Of a stretch of DNA of 9,233 nucleotides, positions 1 through 4,973 are shown in pieces; within the stretch, counting starts at the first letter, position 1, and every line of letters starts with the position of its first letter. This stretch comes from Escherichia coli. Lineage in GTDB: Bacteria > Pseudomonadota > Gammaproteobacteria > Enterobacterales > Enterobacteriaceae. The notes beneath the pieces were generated by a model that had not been told where the DNA came from, did not search any database, and worked only from the letters and a program-made list of their open reading frames with translations. The translations under genes were made by a program, and so were the position numbers. Where the stretch lies: assembly GCF_003334255.1 (NCBI RefSeq), contig NZ_QOWU01000090.1; one strand, 5' to 3'.

Positions 1-76
1 AGTTATCGTGAGAGTAATTCATCGGCACGTTAAATCATATCAGGCGTAATACCACAACCCTTAAGTTAGCGCTTAT

Positions 77-96
77 GGGGGGAAGTCCCCCTTTTT
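77..96 (+). terminator. Rho-independent terminator closing a + strand unit lying left of the window
   Basis: G-run 77..82, loop AAGT, C-run 87..91 (5-bp all-GC stem), followed directly by TTTTT 92..96. Confidence 0.5.
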
Positions 97-106
97 AACG
101 TCATTT

Positions 107-154
107 TATGCAGGGAATGTGTAGTTCTACACAGATTCTATGCAGTATCGGTAT
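107..154. repeat. Compound repeat: TATGCAG (107..113), perfect 16-bp palindrome TGTGTAG-TT-CTACACA (118..133), TATGCAG (139..145), TATCGGTAT (146..154)
   Basis: Read directly from the sequence. Further same-orientation TATGCAG(G) copies at 219..225 and 469..475. A given 7-mer is expected less than once per strand in 9.2 kb. Confidence 0.7.
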
Positions 155-437
155 AGTCCCTTTTTATTCTAACTTATTGAAATATATAAAGAATCTGCAA
201 AGCCTCTTTTCAGGGAGCTATGCAGGGTGTTAGTCGTCCCTCTCCAGACACTACATATAGTGCTATATACAGGGCTATATAACGATATATAGATGTTTGG
301 TCACATGGTGTAACTATCAAGAAACTTAATAGTTTCCTATGTGAAAGTTATTTCTGAGGGTGGGTAAGTGCTCAGGAGATTTCATGAGGATAATTCTTAT
401 CCGAATCATCACGTAGAACACGCTTAAGCACAGATAC

Positions 438-461
438 AAAAAAGCCCCCATGAAGGAGGCT
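438..461 (-). terminator. Rho-independent terminator of the recombinase gene
   Basis: On the - strand: AGCCUCC-UUCAU-GGGGGCU (7 bp including one G.U) followed by UUUUUU (A-run 438..443 on +). The hairpin begins 25 nt after the stop codon at 487..489. Confidence 0.65.
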
Positions 462-486
462 ATGAATCTATGCAGGTGATGAGAAA

Positions 487-1053
487 TTATTCAGCTTTAA
501 TACGCTGTACAGTTGACTTGGCAACGTTGAATTGAGCGGCTACTTTAGCGATTGAACTACCAGCAGCAAGAGCAGCTTTAATACCTTCTCTGTCAACCGC
601 TTTACCGTTACCCCTTCCAACTACACGACCAGCAGCTTTAGCAGCTTCATAACCTTCTCTTTGACGCTCAAGCATCATTTTACGTTCAGCTTCAGCCACT
701 GCTGAAAAGATTGTGAGAATCATCTTAGACGTGGGGTTATCGTCACCAGTTATCAGACCTTCTTTGTGAAAGTGAACCTTGATACCTTTCTGTGAAAGTT
801 TATCCACCAGCGTTAATACATCCACGGTAGAGCGCCCTAAACGTGACAGGTCGTGTACATGGATAGTGTCACCTTCACGAACATAATCGAGCATAGCCTT
901 TAGTTGTGGACGGTCTGTATTCTTCCCAGATGCTTTATCAGTAAATACCTTATCCAGTACGACCCCTTCAAGTTGACGGTCTGTAATCTGCTGGATTGAT
1001 GAAACTCGAACATAACCAATGTTAGCCATAATATACTCATTTGCCTTACTCAT
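487..1053 (-). CDS. Small serine recombinase (resolvase/invertase family)
   Basis: 188-aa ORF. MANIGYVRVSSIQQ matches the catalytic-serine N-terminus of the family (compare Hin MATIGYIRVSTIDQ). Also DRPQL, LSRLGRS, an E-helix AEAERKMMLERQREG, and a C-terminal Gly/Arg arm plus HTH (IAKVAAQFNVAKSTVQRI). The family-typical start is the internal ATG at 1029 (M-A-N-I-G-Y); 1053 is the longest-ORF start. Confidence 0.9.
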   Translation of the reverse strand: MSKANEYIMANIGYVRVSSIQQITDRQLEGVVLDKVFTDKASGKNTDRPQLKAMLDYVREGDTIHVHDLSRLGRSTVDVLTLVDKLSQKGIKVHFHKEGLITGDDNPTSKMILTIFSAVAEAERKMMLERQREGYEAAKAAGRVVGRGNGKAVDREGIKAALAAGSSIAKVAAQFNVAKSTVQRIKAE

Positions 1054-1064
1054 TTGATGGATTG

Positions 1065-1094
1065 AGTATAACGTACCGATAAAGTGTTTTACAA
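1065..1094 (-). promoter_or_regulatory. Candidate sigma70 promoter of the recombinase gene
   Basis: - strand TTGTAA (1094..1089), 18 nt, TATACT (1070..1065). The predicted start near 1058 leaves only about 5 nt before ATG 1053, which favours ATG 1029 as the real start. Confidence 0.35.
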
Positions 1095-1156
1095 GGCTAA
1101 TCGGTATGGTTTTTACAGGGGGTTAGCTATACCTTTTTAGTATGCTATATCGGTAT
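1074..1156. repeat. ATCGGTAT motif cluster upstream of the recombinase gene (candidate res-like binding sites)
   Basis: TACCGATA 1074..1081 (inverted copy), ATCGGTAT 1100..1107, TATCGGTAT 1148..1156. The first two form the dyad TACCGAT-N19-ATCGGTA. A fourth copy lies at 146..154 on the other side of the gene. An 8-mer is expected about 0.3 times in this window. Confidence 0.55.
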
Positions 1157-1339
1157 GCCTAAGAGATGGAGATGCCTTTACAGCAACTCACATAGAAAGT
1201 CAATAGATATTTGGCTTTTTTGCAAAGGGGGTCACATAGCTGGTGTGACGGGTACTTAGCAGGTATAGACCTGTGATAGATATTTTCGAAGATTCGGGGA
1301 AGATGAGATTCAAAGAGGGCTAGTCATTTTTTATAAAAA

Positions 1340-1477
1340 TTTTCAGACTCTGAAAAGTTACTGTACAGATTTTATACAGATATCTTTAAAGTATCTGTAA
1401 AGACTTTTAAGATAAGAGATAGATATCCCAGAAAGGATATCCGTTTAGAAAACCTGTTAAGTATCTCTTAAAAGAGA
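1340..1477. promoter_or_regulatory. Cluster of four unrelated dyad symmetries in the recombinase/methyltransferase divergent intergenic region
   Basis: TTTTCAG-ACT-CTGAAAA 1340..1356; TACAGATA-N9-TATCTGTA 1375..1399; GATATCC-N6-GGATATC 1422..1441; TCTCTT-AA-AAGAGA 1464..1477. All arms are perfect. Confidence 0.5.
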
Positions 1478-1521
1478 GTAAACCTTGTCAATAGTGATTG
1501 CAATAAAAATTTTTATTTCTT

Positions 1522-2184
1522 ATGTCAATTGAGCATATTTTAATCGGGAAACATCATGGGGGTTCTGATTACTGGAGAACTCCATTTCTTATATTCCGCA
1601 ATTTGCACCGTGAGTTTAGTTTCAGTCTGGATGGTGCTGCAACTGAGCATGACACGCTGTTACCACGATTCACCAATGATATTCACAATCAGTCATGGGA
1701 TGGTGAACGGGTGTTCTGTAACCCACCATACAGCGACACTAAAACATTCCTCCTAAAAGCCGCTGAAGCGGATTTAGCGGTATTCCTGATACCGTACCGA
1801 CCCCACACCACATACTGGCTTAAGCACCTCTTCACAAACCCGCTTTGCCATGAAATCCGTATTCTTCATCGTGCAGTTAAATACCTTCCACCAGCAGGGC
1901 ATAACGGGCTTGCTATTAGGTCACCGTTTGCAAGTGCAATTGTCATCTTTAAAACTGAGCCACGCAGACATGAAATTACGCAGATGATTTGCTGTGCTGA
2001 TACATTGCTACCGTTAACCATCATTAACAGAGGAGGCTTAAGAGGAAGACCCACCATTTACCCACCTGAGACGCTCGACAGCTTCATAAAGCTATACAGG
2101 CAAGGAAAACCCATTAAGTGCATTGCAGATGCTCTCAGAATGCCTCTGAGCACGTCATACAGGATTGCGCAAAGGTTGAGCTAA
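1522..2184 (+). CDS. Phage Dam-type DNA N6-adenine methyltransferase with a C-terminal resolvase-type HTH domain
   Basis: 220-aa ORF. DYWRTP...FSLDGAA...W-x3-VFCNPPYSD follows the phage Dam family layout (PF05869-like), with catalytic NPPY at nt 1720..1731. From GRP (nt 2044) the last ~46 aa read as a Hin/resolvase-type DNA-binding domain (GRPTIY...IKCIADALRMPLSTSYRI). There is no SD before ATG 1522, so the start is uncertain. Confidence 0.8.
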   Translation: MSIEHILIGKHHGGSDYWRTPFLIFRNLHREFSFSLDGAATEHDTLLPRFTNDIHNQSWDGERVFCNPPYSDTKTFLLKAAEADLAVFLIPYRPHTTYWLKHLFTNPLCHEIRILHRAVKYLPPAGHNGLAIRSPFASAIVIFKTEPRRHEITQMICCADTLLPLTIINRGGLRGRPTIYPPETLDSFIKLYRQGKPIKCIADALRMPLSTSYRIAQRLS

Positions 2185-2288
2185 AATTCTCATAAATATG
2201 GCCATTTACAAGACAGGTGATTTAGATATTAAGAAGTATCCCTGTGAACAATAAATGACCAATCAGTAATTATTCTGTGAAATAATTG

Positions 2289-2317
2289 TTGCAATCTATA
2301 ATCACACATGATATAGT
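2289..2317 (+). promoter_or_regulatory. Sigma70 promoter of the replication operon
   Basis: TTGCAA (2289..2294), 17 nt, TATAGT (2312..2317). It gives a leader of about 225 nt before the rep-like ATG at 2551. Confidence 0.55.
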
Positions 2318-2378
2318 TTCATAGTGGGCTGATAAAAAAGTTCATGTCTTGAAGTGGTAACACTTGGGGAGGTGTCAG

Positions 2379-2414
2379 ATGATTGACGTCAACAAGACCT
2401 CTCATTCAGGGTAA
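2379..2414 (+). CDS. Possible 11-codon leader peptide (MIDVNKTSHSG) in the rep leader
   Basis: Strong SD GGGGAGG (2366..2372), 6-nt spacer, ATG 2379, stop TAA 2412..2414. No other support. Confidence 0.25.
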   Translation: MIDVNKTSHSG

Positions 2415-2499
2415 TTACCTCAGCGTTTTAATCATCGTACTGTTTCAGGCATGGACTTCTTTATCAGTCCATCAATCCCCCAGATATTTTAATCACACA

Positions 2500-2530
2500 G
2501 GCTAATCGGTTTTATCCGGTTGGCCTTTTC
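2500..2530 (+). terminator. Attenuator-like intrinsic terminator just upstream of the rep RBS
   Basis: GGCTAATCGG (2500..2509), loop TTTTAT, CCGGTTGGCC (2516..2525): 10 bp including two G.U pairs, then TTTT (2526..2529). It ends 7 nt before the SD GAGG 2537..2540. Confidence 0.45.
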
Positions 2531-2550
2531 ACGTATGAGGTAATTTATGA

Positions 2551-3489
2551 ATGTCTAAATATAACCCAAATCAGTTTTATAAATTTGATGTGCGAATCTC
2601 TCAGCTTTCAGAAGAAATTAACGCAGCAGCAAGATTAATTTATATGGTCATGGTTCATAGCTGTGATTTCTATGAAGAGAAGTACAAAGCATATTCACCA
2701 AGTATTGACCATCTAGCTTATATGGCTGGTGTTTCAAAGAGAACGGCAATCAGAGCTATTGAGACACTTGAGAAACACGGTTTAATTCAGGTGCAAAAGA
2801 ATCAGGGTCGTCAAAGCACTTATCGTGTATTCACACTGGATGATAAGCCGGAATTACTTGTAAGACCTACATCACAGGAAGTTGCAGCCTCAGTAAGACA
2901 AAATGACACCACTACCAGTGACAAAATGTCATCAGTACCAGTGACAAAATGTCATGGGGGTAGTGACAAAATGTCACCCGTGTTAGATAAGTTATTAGAT
3001 AAAACATTAGATAATAATATTATAGATAAGAGTAAAGATACTGAACTTGATGTTGGTATCAATGAAGATGATTTTCTTTCTTTGGATGAATTAAATGATT
3101 TTCTCTCTATGAATGAATCTGACCTTGATAGTGAAGCTACTAAAGAGACCTCTAAAACATCTGACTTAGAGGAAGATAAAATCTCTGATGTGAATGAAGT
3201 TAGTGACCAGCAAGATACACCTTGCCGCCTCGAATCAACTGATGATGAATTACCGGATGTTGACCTTGATGATGAAGAAGACCCTGAAGAGGAATTGAAA
3301 CGTGAACAGCGTAAAGCAGAAATTAAAGAAAGATTCAGAAAGGCAAAGCTAAAGAACAGGATTGATGAACTTGATGACTTTGATGATAGTGACGATGATT
3401 TTACTTTTACACCAAAAAAGAAAACTCACACCGAGCCAAAGAAAGAAAAAGTTAAAGTCAGACGTGTTTATGCTGGAGGAATGTTTTAA
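2551..3489 (+). CDS. Replication-initiator-like protein: N-terminal winged-HTH (HTH_36-like) and a long acidic C-terminal half
   Basis: 312-aa ORF. ARLIYMVMVHSCD...YSPSIDHLAYMAGVSKRTAIRAIETLEKHGLIQV...STYRV is the HTH pattern seen in phage/plasmid initiators. Iterons and an AT-rich tract lie inside the gene (2892..3029). SD GAGG lies 10 nt upstream. The gene is translationally coupled to the next ORF. Confidence 0.7.
   Translation: MSKYNPNQFYKFDVRISQLSEEINAAARLIYMVMVHSCDFYEEKYKAYSPSIDHLAYMAGVSKRTAIRAIETLEKHGLIQVQKNQGRQSTYRVFTLDDKPELLVRPTSQEVAASVRQNDTTTSDKMSSVPVTKCHGGSDKMSPVLDKLLDKTLDNNIIDKSKDTELDVGINEDDFLSLDELNDFLSMNESDLDSEATKETSKTSDLEEDKISDVNEVSDQQDTPCRLESTDDELPDVDLDDEEDPEEELKREQRKAEIKERFRKAKLKNRIDELDDFDDSDDDFTFTPKKKTHTEPKKEKVKVRRVYAGGMF
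2892..2976. repeat. Four phased iterons (candidate origin of replication inside the rep gene)
   Basis: AGTGACAAAATGTCA at 2917..2931, 2940..2954 and 2962..2976. Copies 1 and 2 are identical over 20 bp (TACCAGTGACAAAATGTCAT). A degenerate copy AGTAAGACAAAATGACA lies at 2892..2908. Spacing is 23/23/22 bp. Each copy contains the dyad TGACA-AAA-TGTCA. Confidence 0.75.
2983..3029. repeat. AT-rich tract with 12-bp-phased TTAGATAA repeats (candidate DNA-unwinding element)
   Basis: TTAGATAA at 2983..2990, 2995..3002 and 3007..3014, plus ATAGATAA at 3022..3029. It lies immediately 3' of the iterons and is encoded as LDKLLDKTLDNNIIDK. Confidence 0.55.
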
Positions 3490-3779
3490 TGAAAGAATAT
3501 AACGGTGAAAAACGATACAAAGATTATCTATTAAGGCGCTACAGCATTTCTCGTGAAGGTCATCTTCTGAAAGATACTCATGGGGAGGTTTACCGGATTC
3601 GACCGAAGAAGGAAGGAAAGAATTATTTCTTTTTTGATGGTGTGACAGATTTAAAGATTGACGCTTTGAGGTTTGCAGTGATGTATCATTTTGATGTCTG
3701 GGATTCAGTCCACCAGCTACGATTAAAAGACGGTGACCCCGGTAATCTGAAGGCCACCAATATCATCACAAAACGTTAG
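3489..3779 (+). CDS. Hypothetical 96-aa protein, weak resemblance to HNH_3/NUMOD4-type phage endonuclease scaffolds
   Basis: ATG overlaps the rep stop (TAATG). YSISREGHLLKD...GKNYFFFDG...H-x4-KDGDPGNLKATN loosely follows the Y-x-V-S-x-x-G ... H-x-DGD-x-x-N-x-x-x-NL pattern, but the key Asn/His positions look degenerate. Confidence 0.5.
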   Translation: MKEYNGEKRYKDYLLRRYSISREGHLLKDTHGEVYRIRPKKEGKNYFFFDGVTDLKIDALRFAVMYHFDVWDSVHQLRLKDGDPGNLKATNIITKR

Positions 3780-3961
3780 TTTGTTTTACCATCATCAATC
3801 GTAATTGTGATTTCATATTTGAAAAGCTTAATGCTGAAATTGAATCGTGTACTTTTGGCGATAATCATTTTTAAAAGCTGATACACCAGAAGCACCAGAA
3901 ACACAAAGCAACCTAAGCTTGCGAATCTGTGAGATTCAGCAATTGTTTCAAGAAAGCCCAT
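3776..3961 (-). CDS. Small single-pass membrane protein (61 aa)
   Basis: Good SD AAGGGG 5 nt before the ATG (3961..3959). Hydrophobic segment LGCFVFLVLLVYQLL. It has its own promoter (4012..4040). It converges on, and overlaps by 4 nt, the 3489..3779 gene. Confidence 0.5.
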   Translation of the reverse strand: MGFLETIAESHRFASLGCFVFLVLLVYQLLKMIIAKSTRFNFSIKLFKYEITITIDDGKTN

Positions 3962-4011
3962 TAATTCCCCTTATTTATCAAAGGGAATGACCTGTATCAG
4001 CCCCTATAACC

Positions 4012-4040
4012 ATAATATCATGTAAATGAGATGTTGACAA
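4012..4040 (-). promoter_or_regulatory. Sigma70 promoter for the 61-aa membrane protein
   Basis: - strand TTGTCA (4040..4035), 17 nt, TATTAT (4017..4012). Its -35 overlaps the -35 of the divergent + promoter. Confidence 0.55.
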
Positions 4041-4062
4041 TATGTTAAATAAATGTTAAGAT
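4034..4062 (+). promoter_or_regulatory. Near-consensus sigma70 promoter of the 4099..5374 operon
   Basis: TTGACA (4034..4039), 17 nt, TAAGAT (4057..4062). It is overlaid by three tandem 11-bp repeats: ATGTTGACAAT, ATGTTAAATAA, ATGTTAAGATT (4031..4063). Confidence 0.65.
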
Positions 4063-4098
4063 TGTAGTATGAGTAAGAGATTTAAGGAGATTTTTACA

Positions 4099-4389
4099 AT
4101 GACTCACACAGTTACGCGCCTTTTGCCAGAGGCATTTGAACGACTGGCAGCAATCAAAGCCAAATATCCCGATATGAAGCACACAGCGCTTGTTGCAGAG
4201 GTTTTAAAAGAGCCGGTAGACTTGACCCCTTTCGATAACGTTAAGGGCGTTGCAGAGGGTTCTAAGGCCATCAGAATCACAACGGGCCAACTGGAACTAC
4301 TCAAAGCACAGTCCGCAGTAGCAGGTTGCTCAATGATTCAGGTCTTAAGCGCAAAGGTTCATCAATTAGCGGATAAGCTGGGGGTTTAA
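4099..4389 (+). CDS. Small DNA-binding-like protein with two tandem ribbon-helix-helix-like segments
   Basis: SD AAGGAG (4083..4088), 10 nt, ATG 4099. The ORF track starts at ATG 4069, which coincides with the predicted transcription start. TVTRLLPEAFERLAAIKAKYPDMKHTALVAEVL and AIRITTGQLELLKAQSAVAGCSMIQVLSAKV each fit a strand-helix-helix pattern. This was judged by eye only. Confidence 0.6.
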   Translation: MTHTVTRLLPEAFERLAAIKAKYPDMKHTALVAEVLKEPVDLTPFDNVKGVAEGSKAIRITTGQLELLKAQSAVAGCSMIQVLSAKVHQLADKLGV

Positions 4390-4814
4390 TGCTATGTACA
4401 TTTGATTATCATGCGTTTTATCGACATAGAGGTCATCTTGTCCGTGAGAATAACGGAACATGGAAAGATTTAACTCGTAATGCTGAACCCTTCACACACC
4501 AGCAATTAAAATCCCGCTTCTCCAGATGGAAGAATGCACCAGCAGATACTGGTGATTTTGAGATTATCCATACCTTCGATTATGCCTCAGAAGATGACCT
4601 TCACGATGCAATTAAGCTGATTGAAGACTTCAATACCTCAGAAAATGTGGATGGTGACAAATATAAATCCCGTGGTAACCGCTATAACCGTGATGATATC
4701 ACTCAGGCCATAAATGCTGGTCAATCTCAGCGATACATTACAGAAAAATATGGTATTTCACGGAGACAGTATTTCTACGTTAAATCATTGATTAATAAAG
4801 ACAATTCAAAATAA
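4389..4814 (+). CDS. Hypothetical 141-aa protein with a C-terminal resolvase-type HTH
   Basis: ATG overlaps the upstream stop (TAATG). The C-terminus DDITQAINAGQSQRYITEKYGISRRQYFYV resembles HTH_7. The N-terminal ~100 aa are unrecognised. Confidence 0.6.
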   Translation: MLCTFDYHAFYRHRGHLVRENNGTWKDLTRNAEPFTHQQLKSRFSRWKNAPADTGDFEIIHTFDYASEDDLHDAIKLIEDFNTSENVDGDKYKSRGNRYNRDDITQAINAGQSQRYITEKYGISRRQYFYVKSLINKDNSK

Positions 4815-4820
4815 CCATCT

Positions 4821-4920
4821 CAGTAACGGTAGAATGCACTTTACAGGCAGAGTTGCACCTTAATTTGATAAATTACCTTACCAGCCAGTGCAACTCCCTC
4901 TGTAACCCGCATGGTTACTG
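4821..4920. other. 100-nt imperfect long hairpin / cruciform-capable element
   Basis: Nested arms: CAGTAAC 4821..4827 / GTTACTG 4914..4920; ATGC 4834..4837 / GCAT 4909..4912; TTACAG 4841..4846 / CTGTAA 4900..4905; GAGTTGCAC 4850..4858 / GTGCAACTC 4888..4896. That is 26 bp in total, with a 29-nt AT-rich apical loop. Confidence 0.6.
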
Positions 4921-4973
4921 GCCTCAGAATGGCTATTTTAAGAGGTCTGAGATGTGTTTTAGAGGAATTTAAA

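Noticed and set aside
1556-2057. ORFs 1556..1756 (+) and 1866..2057 (-) inside the methyltransferase gene
   Set aside because: They lie entirely within a longer ORF that has a clear family signature. They have no RBS and odd, Cys/Trp/His-rich or low-complexity translations. They are shadow ORFs.
1522-2184. Methyltransferase as part of a restriction-modification system
   Set aside because: No candidate endonuclease ORF is adjacent on either strand. The phage Dam-type family is typically orphan.
4104-4304. 66-aa ORF on the - strand opposite the RHH-like gene
   Set aside because: It is fully antisense to a gene with a good RBS and promoter. Its Ser/Ala-rich translation is typical of a shadow frame, and it has no start context.
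4911-4973. N-terminal extension (21 codons) of the 4974..5297 gene
   Set aside because: ATG 4911 has no SD and sits inside the long hairpin element. ATG 4974 has GAGGA at ideal spacing.
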